Of a DNA stretch of 64,000 bases, positions 30,644-41,074 are shown one piece after another. The position numbers and the translations under genes are program-made. Positions within the stretch are counted from its first letter, which is position 1; the number at the start of each line of letters is the position of its first letter. Origin of the DNA: Flectonema sp. DT1601 (Eukaryota); NCBI GenBank assembly GCA_964019425.1, contig OZ025788.1, forward strand, positions 124,001 to 188,000. Direction: 5' to 3'. The notes beneath the pieces are model-generated. The model was given only the letters and a program-made list of their open reading frames with translations, searched no databases and was not told the DNA's origin.

Positions 30644-33094
30644 CTACGTTGCAACAATGTGAACATCATCAGGATCAGGACTATCCTCGCGCAATCGACT
30701 ACCAGGAATAATACTACTCGGCAATGGAAGGTTTGGTGTTATACCATACGATGACGCTTCTTGATTTGCTTCACTTCGAGTCACAAACCAAGACTTTGAT
30801 TCCATATACTCTTTTGTAATAATAACATCATCGATCAAGAAAGACGAACACGGATGGACATATTCATCACCACCACCATAATTATTATCTTCTTCATCAT
30901 CACTACGAACAAGTTGATGAGTGACGGCAGTATTTAAATGAAGATTTTCTTGAATGGATTGCTTTCCGTAGATCAGTTTTTTCACAATTCCAGACAACCC
31001 TGGAAAAGCAGATTTTTCCAACGCAGTACCCTCAACGATTTCATTCAGTAACCCTGGTCCCATAATATGCCTACTCTGTCTGAACGTATGCACATGAACG
31101 AAAATAGACACAGCGATAGGAACAAACGAGCAGTAGTACACATCCCATCTCATCTTGATGGCAGATAAAATGCATACTCCAAAGATTTGCATCACGGTAA
31201 GACATCCTAATATACATTGAACAACACAAGGAACAAGTCGTAGATCAGTTGGTCGGCATCTTGGATATCCATCTGTCAGTTGGCTTCTATCGACGATCAG
31301 TTTTATTAAAAAAAAAAAGAACGCGAATATCGGAATCAACGGAGCGTTCACTGAAAAGATCATCGCAAATGCGAAAACCATCAAAGCATATCCGTACTCT
31401 TCACTATACTGAAAAGGAGCTTTCTCATAAGCGATACGATGTTCATGGGCAGTTAAAGCTCCAGTAGCAATAACTGGACATGTGAACAACTCACCTGGTC
31501 GTAATACTCTGAACAAATTCCCCATAAAAGCAGCTTGAACGACGAAAACAACAAAGTAACCATTCGATGGTGAGATCATTGACACAAACATATAAACTAC
31601 ATCAGCTGTACTCGCATGTTGAATTAACTGAGCGCTGTTACCAAATCCTTGAAGAGCAGCCTGCAGTAAAATAGTTGAAAAGACTGAGAAAATGAACATC
31701 TTACGAAGAAGACGATGTTCTCGTTGGATTTTATCGCTAACCAATTCTACATGCTCTGTCCAATATCTCATGATGAGAGGGAGTAAAACATTCAAGATAG
31801 CAACAATAACAACTGGTAGGTAAGCAGTCAAAGCACCCTTCACCTCGTTAGATGAATCCATTAGTGACATCAATCCAGGTATCCACGCTGACAGTTTATC
31901 TGCAGAACCTAAGAAAGCGATAATTGAAGCCCAGCAAACAGTCAATAAAAACATACATAAAAACGTTATCAATCCTCTTATAATTTTCATTGCTGGATGT
32001 TGTCCAAGATTCTTCCATATAATAAGTGATCCAGGTGGAGCAAACCAAACGCTTTGAAGGATTTTCTCTTTTAAATCGCTTCGACTAACTTCAGCTATTA
32101 CTTTACAACAGACAACCGCACTGTCAAAAGTAACAAACGCTTCACCTATGACAGGTTGGTTGTTAACCTTCGCTGACATTGTTGCTAATTTTCGAACAGT
32201 TTCGTTGTATTTCGACCAATAGTAGTCTTGAGAGTTGATCTTTTTCCTACAACAAGAAAATATATTTGATAGAAATGAAGGTATGCATGAGACAGGTGTG
32301 TAAATCATCAAATCATTTCCGTTTTGTTCTTTATATGCGTATGACTTCTCAAGTAGGTATTTTATCGATTCCAACTCAGCGATTGAATCGATCATCCCTG
32401 GAACGGCACACCTGGGCACGGAGATGGCAGTTATGCTGTCGTGGTATGCTCGCGGTATTTTAGCTCTGGCATCATCCTCTGTGTGGCAGTCTTTGATTCG
32501 CGCTGTTTTCGTGGTGTTTTGTTGTAAAACTTTGATCTTTCTCATCGATGCCAGTAGTGAATACGCCATCGCATATGTCTCTGCTGCGACGATTAATGAA
32601 ACAACAAAAAGTCCCCAAAGCCTGTCTGACTTTGGACTTAAGTTTCTCGTAGTCCAATCGGCGACCCCAGGACTCCAGTGAATTTCTTTGTCTGGATCTA
32701 ATTCTTGTTGTTTTTTAAAATAATCGCTTCGATATGAACTTGTTGCGTTAACCGGTATCAAAACTACACCACAAAAGAAACCAACAAGAGCGAATAGAAT
32801 CACGCAATGACCTAAAAATTTTAAGTACATCGCGACTTCTGGACCTTGAGTCTCATCAACCCAAGGATCATTCCCACGGATGACATCTATGAATGATGAC
32901 TTACGTCCACCACATCCAGAAAAATTAAAAAAAGTTGGAGGATCCTTCGGTCTCTCAGAACGATATATCCTCCACATTTCTATTCTCATAATACTTCTCT
33001 TTCTAAGAAATACCCATGCTACAAGCACAAGTAACGGAGAGACTGTAAAGTTTAATGTCAACGCTGTTGCTAATCCCTCGCTGTCAAATCCCAT
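30644..33094 (-). CDS. CSC1/OSCA/TMEM63-family calcium-permeable cation channel
   Basis: Multi-TM protein; AMYLKFL, LIPVNAT, AFVTF, APPGSLIIWKNL, FSVNAPLIPIF. Likely start MGFDSEG at 33094. Confidence 0.92.
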   Translation of the reverse strand: MGFDSEGLATALTLNFTVSPLLVLVAWVFLRKRSIMRIEMWRIYRSERPKDPPTFFNFSGCGGRKSSFIDVIRGNDPWVDETQGPEVAMYLKFLGHCVILFALVGFFCGVVLIPVNATSSYRSDYFKKQQELDPDKEIHWSPGVADWTTRNLSPKSDRLWGLFVVSLIVAAETYAMAYSLLASMRKIKVLQQNTTKTARIKDCHTEDDARAKIPRAYHDSITAISVPRCAVPGMIDSIAELESIKYLLEKSYAYKEQNGNDLMIYTPVSCIPSFLSNIFSCCRKKINSQDYYWSKYNETVRKLATMSAKVNNQPVIGEAFVTFDSAVVCCKVIAEVSRSDLKEKILQSVWFAPPGSLIIWKNLGQHPAMKIIRGLITFLCMFLLTVCWASIIAFLGSADKLSAWIPGLMSLMDSSNEVKGALTAYLPVVIVAILNVLLPLIMRYWTEHVELVSDKIQREHRLLRKMFIFSVFSTILLQAALQGFGNSAQLIQHASTADVVYMFVSMISPSNGYFVVFVVQAAFMGNLFRVLRPGELFTCPVIATGALTAHEHRIAYEKAPFQYSEEYGYALMVFAFAMIFSVNAPLIPIFAFFFFLIKLIVDRSQLTDGYPRCRPTDLRLVPCVVQCILGCLTVMQIFGVCILSAIKMRWDVYYCSFVPIAVSIFVHVHTFRQSRHIMGPGLLNEIVEGTALEKSAFPGLSGIVKKLIYGKQSIQENLHLNTAVTHQLVRSDDEEDNNYGGGDEYVHPCSSFLIDDVIITKEYMESKSWFVTRSEANQEASSYGITPNLPLPSSIIPGSRLREDSPDPDDVHIVAT

Positions 33095-33197
33095 TTTATT
33101 ATATTTTATTGAGAGAGAGAGGAGACTGGAAGGAATATATAAAAAAGAAATCACAATTAACAATCATATAATAAAAATACAGGATGTGTTGTCTTAA

Positions 33198-34130
33198 TTA
33201 TTTATAAAGAGAAAAGGTACTCAAATCATGTGAATCGATCTCGTGTTGGACAGATGTATGAATTGCTGTTACGATTGGGATGTTGATTCGTTTTCTACCT
33301 TTTGTTTCCGCAGCAACAGCAACACAAGCGATAGGAATACCTCCAAGAGTTTCAACTAATTGTACGGCAGCTAAGGAAGTACCACCTGTTTCAATCCATT
33401 GATCAGCAATAATTATTTTCTTTCCTTTTAAAGATGGATTCGAAATCCGAGATTCAATAACTTTCTTTGTTAAAGAATAGTCAGCGTACTCAACCCCTTC
33501 AGTCTGGACGCATAGTTTTCCAGATTTCCTGAATGGAATGAAAGGGAGTCCCATTGAAAATGAAATCGCAGACCCAACTATAAAACCCATCGCATCTATA
33601 CCCACAACAGATATTGAATCGTCCGTCACAATTTTCTTGATATCAATAACAAGATCTTTAATTAACGATTTAAATGCACCACCGCTGGCGCTGTATATCC
33701 CGGAAGGATCTAACCAAGCGAATTTCGAAGCTTCTTTCGAGTCGTCTCTTGGGAGCATGTGGCATACATACCAAGGTGATCCTGAAGTTTGTTTCTGACA
33801 TTCATTAATTTGATGTTGAGTTTTGCATTTTAAAACGTCGAAAATTTTTATTAAAATTTGAAGATGATCAGAATTTTCATTTATATTTCCGATTAGGATC
33901 TTGGAAAGATCATTTTTTCTTACCTTAATGCATTCATTAACATCGTTGGTATCCAAAACTGTGTAGCTGTCGTTGTTGAGATTTATAGTTTTGTTGTCGT
34001 AGAGGATACGGCACTCATCATTTTCTATTCGAATGATGCCGTCATTTCTTGAAAATTGAACTTCCGCAATCTCCTCAGCCACTACGATGCAGCTGCTTGT
34101 GAAGTTTTCGTGTAGCTCAGATCTATTCAT
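33198..34130 (-). CDS. APRT: Adenine phosphoribosyltransferase-like protein with ~115-aa N-terminal extension
   Basis: VGIDAMGFIVG, FRKSGKL, PRPP-binding loop IIIADQWIETGGT. Confidence 0.85.
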   Translation of the reverse strand: MNRSELHENFTSSCIVVAEEIAEVQFSRNDGIIRIENDECRILYDNKTINLNNDSYTVLDTNDVNECIKVRKNDLSKILIGNINENSDHLQILIKIFDVLKCKTQHQINECQKQTSGSPWYVCHMLPRDDSKEASKFAWLDPSGIYSASGGAFKSLIKDLVIDIKKIVTDDSISVVGIDAMGFIVGSAISFSMGLPFIPFRKSGKLCVQTEGVEYADYSLTKKVIESRISNPSLKGKKIIIADQWIETGGTSLAAVQLVETLGGIPIACVAVAAETKGRKRINIPIVTAIHTSVQHEIDSHDLSTFSLYK

Positions 34131-34300
34131 TTCCTTAACTTATCTGCAGATTGTTTTTTTTAAAGGGGGGAAAGTGGGAAGTTAATATCGACTCGTCCAT
34201 TTCAATTAATTAAACAAATCGAAACTCAAATAAGTGTACTGCGCGATAGAATTTTTTACCTTTTTTTTTATTTTATTTTTAAAAAAAGAATTCATTCTAC

Positions 34301-34509
34301 GTTGGTTTTACCCTACTGATGGAGAGATACCCCCCCTCGGGGCGGTGTATGTCAACAGCAATACGGGGTAGTACGAAAGGAAAAATTACCACAGGGATAA
34401 CTGGCTTGTGGCGATCCTTCGATGTCGGCTCTTCCTAACCTAGACGAGCAGAATTGTCTAAGGGTTGGATTGTTCACCCACTAATAGGGAACGTGAGCTG
34501 GGTTTTAGA
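34301..34509 (+). pseudogene. Rearranged LSU rRNA fragment (domain V peptidyl-transferase region and sarcin-ricin loop)
   Basis: Conserved LSU motifs ACCACAGGGATAACTGGCTTGTGGC, GATCCTTCGATGTCGGCTCTTCC, GGATTGTTCACCCACTAATAGGGAACGTGAGCTGGGTTT, GGTTTTACCCTACTGATG and AGTACGAAAGGAA, but in non-native order. Confidence 0.92.
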
Positions 34510-35751
34510 TCCTAACAAAGAAGAGACCCATGAAAGGAACATTTCCAGTTCCATTCCTTTAGTTAAAAAAAGAAAATGAAATAACGAAAAAATCTGAACA
34601 AAATATACCATCTCCTTAGGCAGCAATTATTACGTGTAAAAAGAATAACTCGTTGATTAAATCTTAGTATGTATGTCTGTATGTATCCATAGGTATGTGG
34701 AAAACAAAACAACAACAAAAAGAAAATTGAAACTTCACACGAGTTCCCAAAACAACAATCTGGAAAGACTGTTTTTTCCCCCCCCCTCCCACTTACATAT
34801 TCTCTAATTAGACAAAACGTAGACTAGATCGGTACTAAAGCAATCAATTAAATGGGAGGAGGAGGAGGAGGAGGAGGAGGAAGAGAGGGAAAAAAAGGAA
34901 CTAACTATCTGACTATCTGATCCGCCACAAGCAACAAGGCAAACAGCAGTGTTGACTACAAATAGTAACAAAACATTTTTTTTAAAAAAAATTAAAAAAA
35001 AAGGAAGGCTTTCCCACCTTTAACACACATCCACTCGCACCAGTCGTTGCTAGTCTACTGTAGATTGTTATTATCGATAAATACTACTGAAGGCCGAAAG
35101 AAGAAAAAAAGAGGAAAAAAAATGGACAAATTCTCAACTGCTTACACGGAACAAGTGTTTTAAAGAAAACCCCTCTTAAGTGTGGCAAATTGAAGGTGTT
35201 GTTTTTTTTTCTTTTTTTTTTTTTTTTGCTGAGCCGCAAGTAGAGCAAACGACAAACCAAAGCGACCAAGTTCAGAACGAAAATTTTGGGTTAATCAAGA
35301 AGAGAGTTTCAGTACTAAAAAAAAATCAGCACCTCACTAAATTATCTCACTCTTTGTTTTTTTTTTTTTTTTTTTGTTTGTGCGCAACCAAAAAAACAAA
35401 CCTATAAAGTAAAGGTGTTACCGTTACGCTGCCACAATTCCCTAAGTTCCAAGAAAAACATAACATTATGCTTCTTTTTTTTTTTTTTTTTTTGGTTCTT
35501 TTTTTAAAAAGAATACTACTTAACTAGAAAAAAGAAAACGTAAACGATGGTACAACGATAAATTAGTAAATTGAAAAAATAGAATTTAAAAAAAAAAAAG
35601 GGGGGGATGTATGTTCGATTTTGTAAAAATTACAACTGTGTTGTATCATAAAAACATAAAGATAATTTAACATTAGTTTTAAATACAGTGACTAAGGGTG
35701 ATGCGCAACTTAGCATATTAAAGTAACTATTAGGTTTCGAGAAAAAGGGGG

Positions 35752-35820
35752 GGGAAACCTAACAAGAGTCTACCCAAAAGTTTGGAGTAACGTATGCTAC
35801 GATCACGGCCTTGTGGAAAC
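35752..35820. repeat. Dispersed ~65-bp repeat family 2, copy 1
   Basis: taacaagagtctacccaaaagtttggagta...tcacggcctt matches 44743-44800. Confidence 0.7.
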
Positions 35821-35887
35821 GTATTGAAAAAAAGTTTATGTATTACGTCGCCCCTGAGATGCAGTTCGAAAGAAATTAATAAAGCAA

Positions 35888-35960
35888 CAGTTATGGGTTT
35901 GCCGTAGTCGAAACATTATGCAAGTTGCCGAAACGTGTTTCGTGACAACTCACTTCTGAT
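35888..35960 (-). pseudogene. Diverged relic copy of a coding segment of the adjacent cyclase gene (36412-36482)
   Basis: atcagaagtgagttgtcacgaaacacgtttcggcaa versus atcaggagtgggttgtcacgaaacacgttccgacaa (IRSGLSRNTFRQ). Confidence 0.75.
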
Positions 35961-36025
35961 AATCAAATGAGATAGTTCATCAGAAGGGTGGTAGAAATTA
36001 CAAACATCTCAGCAGCTGTTTAATT

Positions 36026-38878
36026 TCAGCCAGTCTTTTCGGATTTCGATGATTTCCGAGTCAAAGACTGATCTTTCGCTTCTGAGTCACTCTTAACTTT
36101 GGAAATCTTACCATCCAAAGCTGCGAAACTTACACCTCGTTTTTGAAGATTTTCGTACTGTGGACTCCGAAGTTGAATTGATCGGGGCTCTTCAGACTTG
36201 TCTGGTTCTTCTCCACCAAAACTAACACTTCGTTGTTGTCGTTGCGGACTGGTTAGATTTGGACTTGCAGATTGATCTGATTGTTTGTTTGTATTGGGAT
36301 TATGATGATAAAATGATTTTACTTTCGGGAATACAGGTGAAAAACTTGGGATCACCGCCGCCGAACTAGACGAAAACCACGATCTAGACGACGTCACAGA
36401 TCTAAATGAGCTGTATGGATTTGCTGTAGCCGAAACTTTATGTAATTGTCGGAACGTGTTTCGTGACAACCCACTCCTGATGCTTGTTGCAGCAGGGGAG
36501 CTTAATGCTACTGTACGTCCATCATGCTCTTTGAATAATAAAACAGATTTCAAATCATCCTCAACAGATACTTTGTCTAATATTAATCTTACCCTTTCAC
36601 TACTTTCAGAACAACTATCAGGCTCAGGTGTTGATTTTAAAGTAGTTATGAGTTCAGAATGAGTTATTTCGTGAGACATAAACTTTGTGATCGCTGAATT
36701 CCAATGCAGTCTTGCTTCTAATTTTCCAACTGCGTACATCCATTCCATTTCACTGGAATCAGAGACTGAAGATATCTCATAAACGAATGTTTCAGGAGGT
36801 GAATTATTCCCACTACTAAAACTTGATTCTAATGCGGAGTACATTCCAATCAATAATAATTTATTTTGTTTTTGATCTCCTGAACTACATACAAACGCTC
36901 CACTACTAGAATACAACGACAGTACTAAATTAGTTTGAATTGCGGATGCCAATCCACACAAAAGTACAGCAGCTTTGACAGGTGTTCCGATAATATTTCG
37001 AGACCTTGTTTTCTCTGTTCCCATAGATCCACAACAAGCAAGACCTTCACTGCATCCAACGCTGAGTAATTTATTATATAAAGGAATTCGACTGTGACCT
37101 TCATTATATGTATGACGAAGTAAACTGATCGAGGTAGTCATGTGCTCAAAGTGGTTTCGACAAGTAGTAGTGGCATTCCATGTCACTAGAATATTATCAC
37201 CGTTGAATCTATCGATAGTGCCTTTGCCTATACAACTTTGAATTAATTCTATGAATAAGAAGACGCCTTCGTAGACTACGTCAGCATCGTGAATCGAGTT
37301 GTCAGACAATGTTTTCATTTGATTTAAATAAGCGACTGCGATTGGTTTTATAACGACTGACGTTAAGGCTTTCACAACCATTGTAACATGACTAGCAGTG
37401 CGATGGAGAGGACTGGTCACAAGTGGTGAGTCCTGAGACTCACTGCTGCTATCAGAATGGACAGCTTCAGCATTGATAGAAGCTGGAAGATAAGCCTTAC
37501 ATTCGATTAAAACAGCTAATAAAACATGAAGATGATTATGCAACGCAGTGATATCATCAATGAAACAGTTTGATTTAAAAATGCTTCTCGACAATACAGA
37601 TTCCATGTGTTGCATCGTTGAAGCTTCTGAAATCAACAGTCTAAGAATTTCGATTTCCTCCGATAAATATTTCAAAAAAATTTCAATTCCAGCAATACAT
37701 AATAACGATAATATAAAAATACCAATTACCGAAATAAATTGTTTCATGAAACTGGTTTTCTCAGAACTACTAAATTTATTTTTTTTTATTAAAAAAAAAT
37801 CATCGACAGGAGAGGTTATCAACACCGTCCAGTTTGATATATCATTCGGTGACTCGATATCGATTCTCATAGATGAATAAAAAAAATCACTCGTACTATC
37901 ATTTTCAGATACACACTTAAAACAGTTTTCTAAACCACATTTAACCTCATTGACAATCCCGGAATTATTTTTTATCAATTCAAACGGAGTATCACAATGG
38001 CCACTCCCAGCAAAAATACCATCATCATCATCATCATTGATAAGATAGATGTTGGTATTGGGTGATAGAGTGGTTGATATTTTACGAAGTGTTTCATTGA
38101 GGTGATTGATACTAAAGTAATTATTCACAACAACCTCCCTCAATGAGTTTTGAACTCTTCCAGATAATGACACTACCTGTATCGGTGACGATATTATAGA
38201 CCATTTATTTCTACTAAGAAAATCATGATCAATTTTTTGAGATGAAAAGAAATTATTCATCGAAGGTGAGAGTATCATGGCATCATCAGAAACACCGTCA
38301 GTATAATGATCGACGTCGTTGAAAAGAATAAATTCAAAATCTGTTTTCGATGATGAGATGAAGAGCGAAGGCACACTACTATTAGCATCTCTCATTGCGA
38401 TGAATGACAACAATTCATCAACAGGTGATATCGGAGTTATCTCTGCTGATAGAATATGAATGTAGTCATGTTCTGAATATGCAACAAATGAAAACCATAA
38501 TTGATTTAAAATTTGAATCGTATTCATCGCCGTTGAATTTGAAATTTTCAACAAAGAAGAAACCATCATCTCATTAGCACTAATGATTTTTTTAATTTCA
38601 ATTATGGATTTCTCACAGGTTGCTTTCATCAATTTCCCCGTCAGTGACACGGATGTCTCTTCAGAAATTCTTTTCACATCACTAACACTCCAGTTTGAAA
38701 TCATGATGTACACTCCGCCCGATACCCCCTGCAGGAAAACAATACTAACTGTGATTATGATCAATAAGCAATACTTCAGACGAAGCGTCCGTACTGGCAG
38801 TTGCTGTTGTTGGCTGTCTGAAACATTCTCCACATTTGGTTGCTGTTGAGGAGACACTTCCAACTCGTTTTCCTCCAT
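36026..38878 (-). CDS. Receptor-type class III nucleotide cyclase-like protein (2 TM, extracellular domain, degenerate cyclase domain)
   Basis: Two hydrophobic segments flank a ~320-aa ectodomain; IDRFNGDNILVTWN, GLACCGSMG, NIIGTPV, EWMY. Confidence 0.8.
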   Translation of the reverse strand: MEENELEVSPQQQPNVENVSDSQQQQLPVRTLRLKYCLLIIITVSIVFLQGVSGGVYIMISNWSVSDVKRISEETSVSLTGKLMKATCEKSIIEIKKIISANEMMVSSLLKISNSTAMNTIQILNQLWFSFVAYSEHDYIHILSAEITPISPVDELLSFIAMRDANSSVPSLFISSSKTDFEFILFNDVDHYTDGVSDDAMILSPSMNNFFSSQKIDHDFLSRNKWSIISSPIQVVSLSGRVQNSLREVVVNNYFSINHLNETLRKISTTLSPNTNIYLINDDDDDGIFAGSGHCDTPFELIKNNSGIVNEVKCGLENCFKCVSENDSTSDFFYSSMRIDIESPNDISNWTVLITSPVDDFFLIKKNKFSSSEKTSFMKQFISVIGIFILSLLCIAGIEIFLKYLSEEIEILRLLISEASTMQHMESVLSRSIFKSNCFIDDITALHNHLHVLLAVLIECKAYLPASINAEAVHSDSSSESQDSPLVTSPLHRTASHVTMVVKALTSVVIKPIAVAYLNQMKTLSDNSIHDADVVYEGVFLFIELIQSCIGKGTIDRFNGDNILVTWNATTTCRNHFEHMTTSISLLRHTYNEGHSRIPLYNKLLSVGCSEGLACCGSMGTEKTRSRNIIGTPVKAAVLLCGLASAIQTNLVLSLYSSSGAFVCSSGDQKQNKLLLIGMYSALESSFSSGNNSPPETFVYEISSVSDSSEMEWMYAVGKLEARLHWNSAITKFMSHEITHSELITTLKSTPEPDSCSESSERVRLILDKVSVEDDLKSVLLFKEHDGRTVALSSPAATSIRSGLSRNTFRQLHKVSATANPYSSFRSVTSSRSWFSSSSAAVIPSFSPVFPKVKSFYHHNPNTNKQSDQSASPNLTSPQRQQRSVSFGGEEPDKSEEPRSIQLRSPQYENLQKRGVSFAALDGKISKVKSDSEAKDQSLTRKSSKSEKTG

Positions 38879-39283
38879 TGCTGAAGAGAATGGAGAGGGG
38901 GGGTAACTGTAGGGAGAAGAAATACATGTAAAGCAACTTTAAACTGGTTCGGCCAAATCAGCATGTAAAAAAGACCAACAGTTGGTATCAGTAATATCTC
39001 ATATGTGCTGTAGGGAGAAAATATGATGTCAGAAAAAAAGTTATTTGAAAAAAATATCACAAACTTGACTCTTTTAGCATGAAAATAGCGTACATGTGGC
39101 TGCTTTTTTTTTGAAATCGCAGAGATCATCATTTTGAGTTCCTTTTCTTTCTTCCATTTCCCGCTGACTAATTCCAACTCGTCCTGTTGTACGAATCCCA
39201 CGAGACGAGAGACTGAGTGCCTTCTTGTATTCCAAACACGGTGACACTGTCACATAGACAGCATTACCTAACCAGTGATGACT

Positions 39284-40432
39284 TTAACCAACTGTTATAT
39301 TAACGTCTTTTCCCCATGCTCGGTGACGTACTAGTCCAAAGAGTTCGAAACAACATCCAATAAGAGTGTTGTTGTTATCACTGTTTCCCTCTTCGTAGAT
39401 TACTACTCTAAAGAGATGGTAGTACTCCTCCTGTTTTTAAAGATGTTATGTTTACAGTGGTTAAGGTATGATTGGTATGATTGGTATGACGGGTATGACG
39501 GGTATGACGGGTATGACGGGTATGACGGGTATGACGGGTATGACGGGTATGACGGGTATGACGGGTATGACGGGTATGACGGGTATGACGGGTATGACGG
39601 GTATGACGGGTATGACGGGTATGACGGGTATGACGGGTATGACGGGTATGACGGGTATGACGGGTATGACGGGTATGACGGGTATGACGGGTATGACGGG
39701 TATGACGGGTATGACGGGTATGACGGGTATGACGGGTATGACGGGTATGACGGGTATGACGGGTATGACGGGTATGACGGGTATGACGGGTATGACGGGT
39801 ATGACGGGTATGACGGGTATGACGGGTATGACGGGTATGACGGGTATGACGGGTATGACGGGTATGACGGGTATGACGGGTATGACGGGTATGACGGGTA
39901 TGACGGGTATGACGGGTATGACGGGTATGACGGGTATGATGTCACTATTCTATTTCTACCAAACAATAGGTTTGCAGGTATAAAGAAATTCAAAAAAAAA
40001 ACACACCTTCGGCATACGAACTTCCCAAGCACCAGTAAGGGTATCATGACTATTTGCAGTGAGGGTCTGATCATTTGAGTGTTGACACAGGACTCTCCAG
40101 TCTTTTCCATCAACTGATGCACAGAATGCCCAGTTTCGTAATAGTCCTCTGGTGTCACCAGAACGATGACTCATTCTGTAATGAGTAGGGCAGACTGCAA
40201 CAGGTAGTTCTACTTGCATCCAACTAAAAGGTTCATTCTTCGTCTCAAGAGATTGATTCACGAGAGTTCTGTCTACGAACTCGCTGACTTTACCTGCTCT
40301 CACAGAGCTGCAGGTTACTACTACATCTTTTGTTTGAGATGGGTTCCGCCAATCTCTTGTTCCGTATCCTTTACCAATCCAGTCAATAATCCCTCCTGAC
40401 GTCCATCCAAATTCAAATGATTTCGGTTCCAT
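39284..40432 (-). CDS. Galactose-binding/discoidin-like domain protein (HECTD1-type module); exons 40432-40007 and 39430-39284 (190 aa)
   Basis: [31 protein letters not shown] in exon 1. Splicing aag|GTGTGT...aaaaacAG|gag adds the expected final strands [32 protein letters not shown]. Confidence 0.85.
39465..39941 (+). repeat. 9-bp satellite (GGTATGACG)x50 plus 3 variant units, inside intron 39431-40006
   Basis: Direct reading: perfect units 39483-39932, GGTATGATT twice on the left, GGTATGATG on the right. Confidence 0.97.
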
Positions 40433-40980
40433 TGTTTTACTTGTTGCTGAATAAGTTGTGAGGTTACTTAAGAAAAAACACCTTATGACTTTTTTTATTT
40501 TTGAGTGACACTAATTTAAAATATTAGGTAAATTATGATGTGGCGATCAAAAGAGGAGCCCACATTGTAGTTGTTGTGAATTTTTTTTTTTGAAAAAAGC
40601 GGGGGGGGAAAAAGGGGCGGGAATTCCTAATTCCACGCAAATGCTACTTAACGACATTTCGCAAACTTTTATGCGGAATTATAGTTTTTCCCAAAAAGAA
40701 ATTATTACAAATGGTCAGACAAGATGGAAACATGTGACTTTTTTTTATTCTTTTTTTTTATCAGAAGTCAGTCGGGGTGATATCAGTCACGTGATACCCC
40801 TGCAGACTCACTCAGACTTGGTTAATATAAAAACGCATTTTTACTTTTTTTTATTGTTTTCCTGCTTTGATTTTTTTTTTTATTATTGTTACCAGTCTTT
40901 ATTTATTTTTTTTTTTTTTGTTTGTTTGTTTGTTTGTCTGTGGTAACAACGTTTTCAAATCCACAAAAAGAAGTTTGTTT

Positions 40981-41074
40981 GTTTGCGTCACGAAACCGTG
41001 AACTGACTTAAACTGATAAAGCTAAAGAAGGTTTACGTGGGCTGCCCAACATTCTGCTTTGTTCTTACAATACT
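40981..41074. repeat. Dispersed repeat family 1, copy 2 (a more decayed third copy lies at ~41251-41335)
   Basis: High identity to 30241-30333. Confidence 0.85.

Noticed and set aside
35930..35995. CTGATGA...GAAAC on the minus strand, hammerhead-like
   Set aside because: Stem II cannot form, and the GAAAC part belongs to the duplicated coding relic.
39455..39492. ATTGGTATGA resembles the SL RNA exon/intron junction
   Set aside because: The upstream SL core (CAGTTTCTGTACTTTATTG) is absent; these are variant satellite units.
39403..40158. ORFs of (SYP)n, (GYD)n and (GMT)n
   Set aside because: By-products of the 9-bp satellite; the flanking exons splice into a coherent domain across it.
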